The translations under genes were made by a program, and so were the position numbers. Of a stretch of DNA of 64,000 nucleotides, positions 1-10,100 are shown in pieces (position 1 is the first letter of the stretch; the number at the start of each line of letters is the position of its first letter). This DNA comes from Nitrospina sp. Its GTDB lineage: Bacteria > Nitrospinota > Nitrospinia > Nitrospinales > VA-1. The stretch spans positions 86,940 to 150,939 of the forward strand of contig JABHBK010000044.1 in the NCBI GenBank assembly GCA_018673915.1, read 5' to 3'. The notes under the pieces were generated by a model. It was not told where the DNA came from, made no database searches, and saw only the letters and a program-made list of their open reading frames with translations.

Positions 1-30
1 CGGTTTCCCTGGTCATCGGCCTTTCTGAAA

Positions 31-615
31 ATGGAAGACATGCATTTCGTACTGGTTACTCTCATCAAGTCGATGGATTCGTTTCGCACTCACGAATCAG
101 CCAGCGCCTATCACTGGCCCGTGCTCTACGATTGTGTCCACAATATCATTCAGGTATACAATAGTCTGGTTCGGGACGACCCTGGTAATTCCCGAGACAT
201 TCATTTGAGCAATGGGGTAGAGGTTAACTTTGATGACTTCATCAATAACTACTGGTTCGATCTTGATTTTATGGTTTTCTCTCAGGCTGATTATCCCCAC
301 ACCCGCCATCAGGAAAGAAAAAATCTTTTAGAAGAAGAAATCAAGGACATCATGTCAGAAGGCGTGGAGCCTCTCGTCGCACTGGAAAAACTGGAAGCCC
401 CCTTTACTCTTGAAGACTCCACCCTCAAACTTCTCCGACGAGACCCTGTTGAAACCCGGTATCTCGAATTAAAAAGCAGTCCTGAAACGGGCAACCAGTT
501 TGACCGAATCTATAAGAAATATGTCGAGGACCCCCAACACGGCAAACTGAGAATAATCGATGCTGAGTATCTAAAAAACTTACCTCTAGCCATGGCTGGC
601 GATCCCCCCGCCTAG
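31..615 (+). CDS. hypothetical protein, possibly 5'-partial
   Basis: 194-codon ORF. The frame stays open back to nt 1, so the true start may lie outside the window. I recognise no motif. The TAG stop (613-615) overlaps the stop of the convergent exoprotein gene. Confidence 0.45.
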   Translation: MEDMHFVLVTLIKSMDSFRTHESASAYHWPVLYDCVHNIIQVYNSLVRDDPGNSRDIHLSNGVEVNFDDFINNYWFDLDFMVFSQADYPHTRHQERKNLLEEEIKDIMSEGVEPLVALEKLEAPFTLEDSTLKLLRRDPVETRYLELKSSPETGNQFDRIYKKYVEDPQHGKLRIIDAEYLKNLPLAMAGDPPA

Positions 616-3600
616 GGGGTAAAACCAAGATAACCCGATTCGCTTTTCTGGATGTGGAGCGGTTTTTTCATGCTAATGGAAGCCGTGTCACCAACCTTTT
701 GCTCCCTCGATTTTTTCCTTTTAGCGGTTCTCTGCCTGGCTCGAGATTTTTTATCCGGAGTTTTCGCCACTTCAAGATTAGTATTTTTTGTTCCACCCCA
801 AAAAGATTGGCTCACTTCCATCCCTTCAAATTTTCCAGCGGTTCCTTCTGCCAACTCAACCAGCTCAAAACTTTTGCTGAATATATCCATGGTAAAGGGT
901 CCATTGGAAGATCCAGCAACAAGGTCTACAGGTGTCTTTCCTTGAAAATCAGGAGCTTTAAGTTCAAAAGTACCGAAACTAAGCTGTTGGGTAGTCCCAA
1001 AAGCGAGTTGACCCAGAGTTTTTCCAGAATTCCCTAACACCTGATCCTTGATATCCCGGCGAGTGAAGGAAAGCCCACCCTTAGGAAAACCAGTAAAAGA
1101 AACTACCGCGTTATCAATTCCAGAAATAGATCCCTGATAAGAAACATCGACATCTCCCGATCCAGCCTGGTCAATTTTAAAAACCTCAAGGCTATCAGTT
1201 TCGAAGATGTTGATATCCCCGGATGTTGCATTATCGATATCCACAGATGAAACTGTGGTCTCTATAGCATTAAATTCTGTTCCAAATCCGGTCACCAAAT
1301 CTGCCACAAGCCTGCCATCTGCCGCATCAATATCTAGAGATGAATCGCTATCCCCATCAAACGCACCGCCGCTAGTCGACGTCAAGGTTACTGCTGCATC
1401 GGAAGAACTTGTGGTCTGGAGCAAGCCGAGGGTAATATCTTCATCTGCAGATAGAGCCAGGGTTCCGGTACCCGCGTCAAATACTGTTCCATCCACCATG
1501 GTCAAGGCTCCACCTGATCCGCTGGAATCAGAATCGTTGTTTGCCGTGACCGTAATGTTTCCGGTCGTGGTGGTCAAATCGCCCGAGGCAGTAAAAATAA
1601 TATCGTCATCTGCCAACAGGCTGATTGAACCTCCGGCTGTTGCCGCGCCCGTCGCATTCAGGGAATTTCCTCCACCCACCGTTACATTGAGGTCTCCTCC
1701 AACGGTAGAAGTGGAAAGGGTCACTGCATTATTACTGGTCAATGTCGCATCACCGGATGTCCCCGAAGTGTTCAAACTTACGGCACCGGTGAAAGAATTC
1801 GAGGTATTGCTAAGTGTAATCGCCTGATCGGAGACATCTGTCGTGAAACTGGCTGTTCCCCCAATTGTTAAAGCTCCGGTATTAGTAATCGCTCCTCCTG
1901 ACGTGACGCTCAAATTTCCAGTAGTCGTCACACCCACTCCAAAACCTACTCCCGACCCAGCATCCAAGGTCAAGCTACTGAATGAAGAAGCGGTCGTTGA
2001 AAAGGTCACCGAAGAGGCAGAGTTCAAAGTAAGTGCTCCAAAGCTTGAGGAAGATACGCCCTCAACAATTATGATCCCATTCGATGTGTTGCCCACGGTC
2101 AGACTGCCAGCGGTGATTTGGCTCAGTTCGCTATCTGTCAGGGAAAAAGTTCCTGTACCCGACCCCAAACCAATGGTTGAACCAGATTGGGCCGTTAGGA
2201 GAGTCGTACCGGCTGTGCCGGAAGTGATCGCCCCGGTTGAATTGAAAGACATACTATTAGAAGTGATGGTCAATGCGTTGTTGTTGGTAGTGAGTGTCTT
2301 GCCAGCCGAGATCGAAAAATCTCCGGTACCGTCACCATCCGAATCCGAGTTGAAACTGGTCGTTCCATTTGTTGTAAGACTTGAAGTGAGCGCGATTCCA
2401 TTTTCCGCGTTCACCGTCAGACCTTGGAAAGTGGAGTCCGATGTTCCAAAAGTTACCGAGGAACCAGAAGCCGTCGCGTTCAAAGTGAGCGCTCCAAACT
2501 GGTCAGTGTTGCCGGAGGAAACTCCATCAACAGCAATATTTCCATTGGTTCCATCACCAATGGTGAGACTGCCAGCAGTGATTTGGCCCAGTTCAGTATC
2601 TGTCAGAGAAAAAGTTCCGGTACCAGAACCCAATCCAATGGTCGTTCCAGACTGAGCTGTTAAGAGGGTGGTTCCTGCGGTTCCACTGCTCAAGGTCCCA
2701 CTGAGAGTCAAGCTTGTCGCGGTAATAGACAGGGCATTGTTCCCGGTGTTCAATGCCTCACCGGAAGCAAGGGTAAAAGTTCCCGTACCATTATTATCTG
2801 TATCGGCATCGATTGTCGTGGTTCCTGCCGATGTCAAGTCATCATTGATAGTGATGCCATTGGTCGCATTGAGAGTAATAGCCCCTGCTGCAGATATGCC
2901 CACTGTGGCTGCGGTTAAAGTGATGGCACCTGCTTCAGCCGTTAGAATTGCCCCGGAGGATAGAGAAAGGCCTTTTGCACCAGACAAAGTGAGGTCACCT
3001 TGTCCAGTAATGGTTCCGCCACTTTGACCGATCGTTAATAATCCGGAAGAGCTTAAACTGGTTGCTGCGGCAAAGGTAATGGCTCCGTTCACCAGATTTA
3101 GATCACCGGTACCACCAATATTGCCCAGTTCAGTAGAAGTAAGATTCATTCCAAATCCAGAACTAAACCCAATCCCCAAAGAACCACCGTCTGAAACATT
3201 GATGGTCGTCGATCCTGTTCCGCTATTAAGAGAGCCAGTTAGAGCTAGGTCATTCGCTGTGAGGGTCAGCGCATTGTTGGTCGTCGATAAAGTACCTGAT
3301 GAAATGGTGAAATCTCCCGCCCCGCTATTATCGAGGTCCGCATCCAGAGTAACCGCACCATTTGCAGTGAAACTATTTCCAAGAGTAATTCCCGAATTCG
3401 CGTAGAGTGTAGCGGCCCCAGCTGCGTTCAGGGTATTGCTGACCGTAATACTTCCATTTGAGGAAAGCGTCAACGCTCCATTGGCGGTGATCGTACCTCC
3501 CGATGCACCCAGAGTAATATTTCCTGCTGATGAGGTGATGGTCATTCCACTTGCAAGTGAGAGGGAACTCCCTCCTTGTAGACTGATGTTGCCAGCCCCT

Positions 3601-6263
3601 GTTAACGTGCTATTGCTTAGGGTCAAGCCTGTACTAGCAGTCATGGTCACCGCCCCTGCGGAAACCAGTGCATTATTAACGCTTATTGTCGAAGCCGAAG
3701 AAGTAAGAGTCAGGTCCCCTGATGAGGTGGTGCTGCTTGCCGCAAGAGTCAAGGCATTTGTCGAACTAAAAGTGGCGCCGCTTCCTAGTGTTAACGTTGA
3801 AGAATTTGCGTTGATGTTTAATGAGCCTGAGCTAGTGGATATGCCATTGTTCAAGGTAATTCCATTGCTAGCAGAAAGTGAGATGTCTCCTGTCCCGCTC
3901 ATGGTTCCAGTCATAGTGATGCTGGAAGGGGCGGAAAGGGTCAAATCACCTGCGGTGACCATGCCACCACTGGCGGCACTCAAAGTAATATTTCCCGCGC
4001 TGGTCAATGTGGTGCCGCTGGCAAATAAGATATTGTCATTTCCCGAGAGAGTATCTACGGTGCTATCAGAGTCTCCATCCAAAGACAGAGCTCCGGTAGT
4101 GGTGGTCAGATCTGAGTTGACCTCTATGCCATCTACTGCGTTAGCGGTTAAAGCTGAAAATGTGGAAGCCGAACCCTCAAAAATAATCGCACCTTTTGAA
4201 CCGGATAGATGCGCATTCACATTGAGCTGCACTCCATTGGTGAAACCAGATGTATTTGCTGTAGTCAACGCATTAACATAGATGTCTCCATTGGTTGCAG
4301 TAGAGTTTTGCGCGTCTTCACTGTTCGAACCATCATCTCTCAAACCACCGATGACGAGTTCACTGCCTGACATTTTGGCAAGCTCCGAAGTGCTGATAAG
4401 CATGGAACAGAATGTAGAGCATGTCGTGGTAGAGCTGTCTCCAAGTACTATTTTGCCGGCAGTAGATTCACTATTGGCATGGGAGATAATGATTCTTCCT
4501 GTGCCACTGGCCAGAGAGGCGGATCCAGTTAACGATAAGTCGTCACCGGTCAAAAATATGTCTCCGCCATTGGAAGCCAGACTCCCCAAATTCAAGGCTC
4601 CGGTTGCAGTAAAAATTATATCTCCACCATTAGTGGAAATGGTGTCACTCGAACTCGCGAAAGTTATCGTTCCGTTCGTCACTGTAAAGGTCACTGAATT
4701 TCCGCTGCCTTGTTGCAAGCTCAGTGTGTCGCCACCAAGATCATTCAAGGTAATACTATTCGTAGCCAGAAGTTCGATATTGGTTGTACTGGAGATGGCT
4801 TCAAGTTCCGTATCATAAATTGTTGCGGTTATAGCACCACTGGTCGCTGCATCCCCAATAGTAATGTCATCTGGATCGAGAAGAAGGGTACCGGTTTTTC
4901 CATTAGGAGCAGTGGTATCCACTAAACCATGAAAATATAATTCCTCTTTTCCGGAAACTTCTACAAATCCGCCATCCCCAAAATATTGACCGCCCCGGCC
5001 TTTGACGATGCCGTAAAACCGCATTCGCCGATCCGCCCAGAAAATGACCTTTCCGCCATTACCGCTGGTCACCGCATCGGCATAGGTTTGGGTATCGGGT
5101 CCGATATAAGAATCCGTGGCGTTGGGAACCGAGCCCTGACCCTGATAGTCGCCACCAAAAAGGAGTGTCCCGCCGCCCAGATCGCCCGAAACATCTATGA
5201 GGCCATTACCAGAAAAATCCAGCATGTCACCTAAAACATGAACCGTGCCTCCCGTCTCCCCCTGCCCGTAACCCGAGGCATCCAGCGTACCAGATACGTT
5301 AACTTCCCCTGCGTCACCGCCCATGAGAATGATTTGCCCATTTTTTTCAGATACTGAACGCGCTTGGATCACTCCATCCATATTGATCACACGGTCAACA
5401 ATATTCTGAGCGGCATTGACATCCAACCGAACCATCCCGCCATCGGCAAAGATACTTCCGCTATTGGAGACCAGCGAAGTTAATGCTTGTCCATTTATTC
5501 CTGTCACCTGTCCCATCACCTGGCTGTCTACTCCCAGATTAATGAGTTGGTCTCCATACAAGTCAACGGTAAAGGTTTTTCCGGAAGCAAGGCTCACCTT
5601 ACCTAAACGAGCGTTGATGATCCCCATGTTTTGCACACCCGGAGCAACCAAAGCAACCAGTCCACCCTCGGCCGCAGTAATAATGCCCTGATTGACAACT
5701 GTTGAAGAAAGGCTTGAAGGCACACTGAAGTTATAATTTCCGTTTAAAAAATCCGTATTAGATATGTTGCTGGTCGTGGCGATCAAACCATTAACATCCA
5801 CCTGCGCATTACTTCCAAAAAGAACACCATTGGGGTTGATCAGCCAGAGATCGCCATTGGAAGTTAACTTACCGAATATATTCGAAGGATCATTGCCCGT
5901 CACTCGATTCAGTGTTACCCCACCCTGAGATAATTGAAAGTCAACATGTTCGGTGCTCTCAATCCCGAACGCCTGCCAATCGATGATGGCCTTTTCGGTG
6001 CTTTGCTGAATGATTATTTGCTGAGAAGAAACAGAATCAATAGTGGCTGATCCTGCTTGAACTGTGCCCCCGGTAGGAAGGGCAAAAACCATGGAAGGAA
6101 AAATTCCAATCAGATAGGTTAAAAACGAAACCAGGAAAATAGCAGCGTTGCTCGGCTTTTTTGAAACCTGCCGGGCCACGCCCAATGGGAATGTGCTCCC
6201 AGCCTTCGGCGGTTCTCCGTCGGCTTGCGAGAAAGCAATCTGATTCATTTTAAAAACGTTCAT
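612..6263 (-). CDS. two-partner secretion exoprotein (TpsA, filamentous-haemagglutinin-like)
   Basis: 1883-codon ORF with a long N-terminal signal region. A TPS/haemagglutination-activity domain follows (QAFGIESTEHVDFQLSQGGVTLNRVTGNDPSNIFGKLTSNGDLWLINPNGVLFG). After that come more than 1300 aa of Ser/Thr/Gly/Ala/Asn/Leu-rich beta-helix-type repeats. It lies 9 nt downstream of a TpsB-type gene. Confidence 0.9.
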   Translation of the reverse strand: MNVFKMNQIAFSQADGEPPKAGSTFPLGVARQVSKKPSNAAIFLVSFLTYLIGIFPSMVFALPTGGTVQAGSATIDSVSSQQIIIQQSTEKAIIDWQAFGIESTEHVDFQLSQGGVTLNRVTGNDPSNIFGKLTSNGDLWLINPNGVLFGSNAQVDVNGLIATTSNISNTDFLNGNYNFSVPSSLSSTVVNQGIITAAEGGLVALVAPGVQNMGIINARLGKVSLASGKTFTVDLYGDQLINLGVDSQVMGQVTGINGQALTSLVSNSGSIFADGGMVRLDVNAAQNIVDRVINMDGVIQARSVSEKNGQIILMGGDAGEVNVSGTLDASGYGQGETGGTVHVLGDMLDFSGNGLIDVSGDLGGGTLLFGGDYQGQGSVPNATDSYIGPDTQTYADAVTSGNGGKVIFWADRRMRFYGIVKGRGGQYFGDGGFVEVSGKEELYFHGLVDTTAPNGKTGTLLLDPDDITIGDAATSGAITATIYDTELEAISSTTNIELLATNSITLNDLGGDTLSLQQGSGNSVTFTVTNGTITFASSSDTISTNGGDIIFTATGALNLGSLASNGGDIFLTGDDLSLTGSASLASGTGRIIISHANSESTAGKIVLGDSSTTTCSTFCSMLISTSELAKMSGSELVIGGLRDDGSNSEDAQNSTATNGDIYVNALTTANTSGFTNGVQLNVNAHLSGSKGAIIFEGSASTFSALTANAVDGIEVNSDLTTTTGALSLDGDSDSTVDTLSGNDNILFASGTTLTSAGNITLSAASGGMVTAGDLTLSAPSSITMTGTMSGTGDISLSASNGITLNNGISTSSGSLNINANSSTLTLGSGATFSSTNALTLAASSTTSSGDLTLTSSASTISVNNALVSAGAVTMTASTGLTLSNSTLTGAGNISLQGGSSLSLASGMTITSSAGNITLGASGGTITANGALTLSSNGSITVSNTLNAAGAATLYANSGITLGNSFTANGAVTLDADLDNSGAGDFTISSGTLSTTNNALTLTANDLALTGSLNSGTGSTTINVSDGGSLGIGFSSGFGMNLTSTELGNIGGTGDLNLVNGAITFAAATSLSSSGLLTIGQSGGTITGQGDLTLSGAKGLSLSSGAILTAEAGAITLTAATVGISAAGAITLNATNGITINDDLTSAGTTTIDADTDNNGTGTFTLASGEALNTGNNALSITATSLTLSGTLSSGTAGTTLLTAQSGTTIGLGSGTGTFSLTDTELGQITAGSLTIGDGTNGNIAVDGVSSGNTDQFGALTLNATASGSSVTFGTSDSTFQGLTVNAENGIALTSSLTTNGTTSFNSDSDGDGTGDFSISAGKTLTTNNNALTITSNSMSFNSTGAITSGTAGTTLLTAQSGSTIGLGSGTGTFSLTDSELSQITAGSLTVGNTSNGIIIVEGVSSSSFGALTLNSASSVTFSTTASSFSSLTLDAGSGVGFGVGVTTTGNLSVTSGGAITNTGALTIGGTASFTTDVSDQAITLSNTSNSFTGAVSLNTSGTSGDATLTSNNAVTLSTSTVGGDLNVTVGGGNSLNATGAATAGGSISLLADDDIIFTASGDLTTTTGNITVTANNDSDSSGSGGALTMVDGTVFDAGTGTLALSADEDITLGLLQTTSSSDAAVTLTSTSGGAFDGDSDSSLDIDAADGRLVADLVTGFGTEFNAIETTVSSVDIDNATSGDINIFETDSLEVFKIDQAGSGDVDVSYQGSISGIDNAVVSFTGFPKGGLSFTRRDIKDQVLGNSGKTLGQLAFGTTQQLSFGTFELKAPDFQGKTPVDLVAGSSNGPFTMDIFSKSFELVELAEGTAGKFEGMEVSQSFWGGTKNTNLEVAKTPDKKSRARQRTAKRKKSREQKVGDTASISMKKPLHIQKSESGYLGFTP
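2097..2225 (-). repeat. internal tpsA repeat module, copy 1
   Basis: ggtcagactgccagcggtgatttggctcagttcgctatctgtcaggg... recurs 465 nt (155 codons) away at 2562. The protein segments are SGTAGTTLLTAQSGSTIGLGSGTGTFSLTDSELSQITAGSLTVG and SGTAGTTLLTAQSGTTIGLGSGTGTFSLTDTELGQITAGSLTIG. Confidence 0.8.
2562..2690 (-). repeat. internal tpsA repeat module, copy 2
   Basis: Near-identical to 2097-2225, with about 10 mismatches in the first ~82 nt by manual alignment. A third, more diverged module lies around 3100-3250. Confidence 0.8.
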
Positions 6264-6272
6264 TAAAAAACC

Positions 6273-8006
6273 CTAAAACCTTGCTGTCAGATTAAAAAAG
6301 AATCTTCCGTCCTTGTTGCCCTCAGCAGCCACTGCCTGATCCAAAGGCTTATCCCATTCCAAATACCCAGAGATTTTTTCTGTCACGTTGAATCGAGCAC
6401 CGAGCCCTAATGAAAATAGATCCTCGGTTTTTAATCCTGTAGAGGTGGGAATGCGATTCCAAATCTTCCCATAATCAAAAAAGGTGTAGGCCTGCACATT
6501 CCTGAGATATTTTTTCTTTGTCTGGATAGCTTTTTGAAGTTCCAGCTTAAAGGACAGGCCTTGATCACCAGTAATTTCAGAGGAATCGTAAGCTCGACCA
6601 TATTGCGCCCCCCCCACACCAAATTCTTCAGAAGCCAAAAGCTTTTCCAACGAATACTGCCAGGACATGGACCCCAATAACATCCAGGAAGGTGCCAGCT
6701 GTTGTAGTCGAAGCATTTCTCCAGAAATCTTGGTAAAGTCACTGTGGCCTACATCACGAGTCAGATTATCTGATCCCGTTTCCGTGGCCTCGAAAATGTC
6801 AAATCCCTTGCTCAAATTAAAGCTCACCAGGTTCACCCCCCGATGCTCATCCACAAAGTCGTAAGACAACCCAATATTAACGATGCGAAGACGGTCTTCT
6901 GAATCCAATACTCCCAAAATATCCGTGGAAGAGTTTCGGTGCGTATAGCCAAAAGACCCCGTTAGGTTTTCGGCTCTGGATCGAATAAATGGATGTGAAA
7001 TTTTGAGAGTGAAGGTTTTACTTTTACCCGCTACCTCAAAATCTTTGAGAACGGACCCAGGCTCAGACTCACTTATTGATGCGGAGAAAAATAGTTTAGT
7101 GCCTTCAGAAGATATGGGTTGCTCATAGAAACCGCTGAAAAATTGCAATTCGTCGGTGTTCGAGGTAACCACGCCTTGCAAACCGATTCGCTCATAGTTT
7201 CTAAGAAGCGTGTTACCGGATAGTCCAGCATTAATCTGAAGAGGTCCGTTGAATTGAGTACCCCGGTTATCCACACCCAAACTTCCGCCATAGGCTTTAT
7301 TGTCTAAAATCAATGTCATGTTCGTGGCCCCTTGCTTATGTTTAGAAGGGGTGAGAACCGATTTAACTGAAACCCCCGGCAAGTCATCCACCAAAAGCAG
7401 ATACCTCTCAAGATCCTTGGCTTTCAGAGGACGCGATTTTAAAAGCCCTCTTCGATATTGATTGAGAAGCTTCCTCGGTCCACGCACCTGACCCTGAATA
7501 ACAACCCGATCCACGAATCCTTCAATCACATCGATTTGTACAATCCCCCCCTCAATTTTCTGTGGAGGCACCACCGCTTTAGATAAAATATATCCATCAT
7601 TGCGATACATGTTGGTGATTTCCTGGGCTATGGTGTAGACCTGCTCGAGATTTATTCTTCGATGCAAATACCTTCTGAACAACCGCGAAAATCTCCGCTT
7701 GCCATAAATCGTAGAGCCTTTGATGACCATTCTCTGAAGAAGGAAATTCACCTTCTTCATCGCAGTGGGAAAAACAGGTTTCAAGTTGTCCGGTTTTACT
7801 GGCACCACTTGTGATCGCGGAAACTCCTGTTTTTTGAACCTCTCTTCAAAACGTTGAGGAGATGCCTGTTTATAGGTCTGGTCCCGTCCTTGGGGTGTAA
7901 TTTGGGCGTAGGATAGCAATGACATAGAACTCCACCAAAGGCAGGCAAAAACCCCTATCAGCGTTATTTTGCTATAAATTCGATTGTTTGCCTTTACCCA
8001 GTTCAT
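6273..8006 (-). CDS. TpsB outer-membrane transporter (ShlB/FhaC/HecB family)
   Basis: 577-codon ORF immediately upstream of the exoprotein gene on the same strand. It has a signal peptide, a POTRA-like region (VQIDVIEGFVDRVVIQGQV) and a beta-barrel part ending in an aromatic residue (FFFNLTARF). Confidence 0.88.
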   Translation of the reverse strand: MNWVKANNRIYSKITLIGVFACLWWSSMSLLSYAQITPQGRDQTYKQASPQRFEERFKKQEFPRSQVVPVKPDNLKPVFPTAMKKVNFLLQRMVIKGSTIYGKRRFSRLFRRYLHRRINLEQVYTIAQEITNMYRNDGYILSKAVVPPQKIEGGIVQIDVIEGFVDRVVIQGQVRGPRKLLNQYRRGLLKSRPLKAKDLERYLLLVDDLPGVSVKSVLTPSKHKQGATNMTLILDNKAYGGSLGVDNRGTQFNGPLQINAGLSGNTLLRNYERIGLQGVVTSNTDELQFFSGFYEQPISSEGTKLFFSASISESEPGSVLKDFEVAGKSKTFTLKISHPFIRSRAENLTGSFGYTHRNSSTDILGVLDSEDRLRIVNIGLSYDFVDEHRGVNLVSFNLSKGFDIFEATETGSDNLTRDVGHSDFTKISGEMLRLQQLAPSWMLLGSMSWQYSLEKLLASEEFGVGGAQYGRAYDSSEITGDQGLSFKLELQKAIQTKKKYLRNVQAYTFFDYGKIWNRIPTSTGLKTEDLFSLGLGARFNVTEKISGYLEWDKPLDQAVAAEGNKDGRFFFNLTARF

Positions 8007-8996
8007 TCACTTAGCCTTATTCTTAACGGTATTCCGGAACCCAAAGTTAAGCATTTCTCACATCGCTCGAAAACCCTTGAAATACCGAAAACAAAGGGGT
8101 TGCATGATTTTTATTAGCAGACAAATCAACCCGCCCAGCTCCAAATAGCCTGAGTTTAGTTCCCAAATATCAAGGCGTTTGTCTCCACTGCTTTAACCAG
8201 GAGCCGCCTAATGCAAAATCCCTTGCTTTGAAACTTTTTTTGAAAAATAATTCACTAATTTTGACCCAAAATTGGGCACAGTTATTCGCTACATATTAAG
8301 AGCAAGGAATATGCCAAAAGCTCAGGCAAACACAAAACCACATAAATAGTTGAAAAATAAGGAATTTCTATTGTTTTATTTGGGGTTTTAGTAAGCAGGC
8401 CCAAGATTGGAAGGCAAAAAGTTCATCCAACCGTCAATTTATTGTTTTTCTTTCCGATTCATTGAATAACAAGAGGGCTTCTGGGGTTGGACAAAAATGG
8501 CGTAAATATATGATTACCTGCACCTGATATATTTACAAATATCCAACTAGGGCCTATGATAGATGGCAATTAAGGCTCTTCGCAGCAGCTAATGCAAAGA
8601 TCAACCTTGCACATCAACCACGGAAAAAATGAAATCTATGAATACTTTGAATATGTGCGATTTTTGTTCCCTCGAAAGGTCTGAATGCGGTGCCGAACCC
8701 GTTCTGGCAGTTTTATTGAAACTCAAAAATCTCGAACCCGAGCACTCAGAATCTGTCGTCGCCTGTGATAAATATATTAGTCCCGTAGATGTTCTCAAAG
8801 AGAGATTCCACGACCCCAGCTTGTAGGCAAGGCAGGCTTTTACAGCTACCTTTCAAATACATCCCTCCTCCGCATTCAATCTTTAAATATATATTTCCAG
8901 TTTTTATTTTTCTAAGCGAAACCATCTATTCCCTTTCTTAACAGGGTTGTGACATTGACTTAACAGACATGTAATGGTCACAACCTATACTGATTC

Positions 8997-9497
8997 TTGG
9001 ATCCACATACTTCTGAAAGGAATAGGAATATGACTTGGGAAAGGGATAAGAAAAAAAGGTTGGCAGAGTATCTATGGACAGAGATCAACAAAGCAATCCT
9101 GAAATCTCCAGATGTTCAGTTCTCCATAAAAAAACTTCAAAAATTACAACTGCTGGATTATGTTTCGGAGTTTAACTTAGTCTTGGAAGTGGATAAGCTT
9201 ATAGAAAGTATTTTGAAACAAAATGAAGATAGAGAGGCAAGCACTCAAGATCTGAATAAATTGAAAGAAGAATTTTTAGAAGCTAAAGCAAATTCAGACC
9301 CGGAAGAACTACAATTGCAAACTGACCCTGAAGAAAGTGAAACACTGAATCTTTCCCCATCGGTTACTCCCGACCCTCTGCAATGGGTTGACGGCAAAGC
9401 CCTGTCAGAAAATGAAATCCGCTTTGAAGAATTTTTTAACCAGCAGTTTGATGAGAAGCACTGGATGAAAAAAGCCAAAATTCGTTTTGACAGTTAG
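8997..9497 (+). CDS. hypothetical protein (acidic, coiled-coil-like)
   Basis: 166-codon ORF with a TTG start as listed. An in-frame ATG lies at codon 12. I recognise no motif. Confidence 0.4.
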   Translation: MDPHTSERNRNMTWERDKKKRLAEYLWTEINKAILKSPDVQFSIKKLQKLQLLDYVSEFNLVLEVDKLIESILKQNEDREASTQDLNKLKEEFLEAKANSDPEELQLQTDPEESETLNLSPSVTPDPLQWVDGKALSENEIRFEEFFNQQFDEKHWMKKAKIRFDS

Positions 9498-9561
9498 TCC
9501 CTTACCCGGAGACGAACTCATATTGATGGGTAGTTGTTAGGCCAGAAAAAAATCCGATTTA

Positions 9562-9828
9562 CTAATGATCTGCGGCAAGCAAATGGTTAGCGATGAGAAT
9601 AATATTTTGCTTGTTGACTGCAAGAAACTCCGCTTTGAATAAAACATTCCCCGTAATCAGGCAGTAAACCGTTGCGTCAATAACTGGAATGAAACTCTCC
9701 TCCCCCTGATTCAACATATCCAAGAGACGGTTACTCGGAAGTTTGGAAATCTTTCCTTCTATTTTTTCCCCCGATGTTCGAATGATTGCGTCAATGGTTT
9801 CTTTTTTTACGAAAGCATTATAAGCCAT
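9562..9828 (-). CDS. small hypothetical protein
   Basis: 88-codon ORF with a clean ATG and a non-overlapping position. I cannot name a family from memory. Confidence 0.45.
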   Translation of the reverse strand: MAYNAFVKKETIDAIIRTSGEKIEGKISKLPSNRLLDMLNQGEESFIPVIDATVYCLITGNVLFKAEFLAVNKQNIILIANHLLAADH

Positions 9829-10100
9829 AGCCCAATCCTCTTAAGTTTCCTATAGTTTGCCCATCTACTTTTAAACCGGATGGGTTCAGTTTAACCTTCC
9901 CTAAAATCAAAATCCAGCAAAAAGCTATTTGTTTTCAATACTCTATAGGCCAAACATCCGGTTTTTGGTCTTTACGCCAGCATATCTTCCGCTTCTTTCT
10001 TTAAGGTGTATGGCCCCTATGTTACAATCCCTCAGTTACAAAAAACCTCTGAATTCCAAATCGTTTCAAAATATTTTCATCCTTTCGAACTCCCCTTTGC

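Noticed and set aside
1207-4818. Several long plus-strand ORFs (1207-1827, 1843-2655, 2668-3027, 3079-3405, 3436-4281, 4282-4818) antisense to the exoprotein gene.
   Set aside because: They are Val/Pro/Ala/Leu/Ser-rich mirror images of the repetitive Ser/Thr/Gly/Ala/Asn-rich minus-strand frame. That minus-strand frame is one uninterrupted 1883-codon ORF with a bona fide TPS domain. The antisense ORFs are a compositional artefact, with no start context or motifs.
612-6263. Possibility that the exoprotein is a CdiA contact-dependent inhibition toxin.
   Set aside because: No VENN or other pre-toxin motif is visible. No small immunity-like ORF lies downstream, and the next gene is convergent. 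I kept the call as a generic TpsA.
8629-8826. A 65-codon ORF with a CDFC...C cluster in the long intergenic region.
   Set aside because: There is no convincing ribosome-binding site and no recognisable family. An equally long ORF overlaps it on the opposite strand. I mention it in a finding but do not annotate it as a gene.
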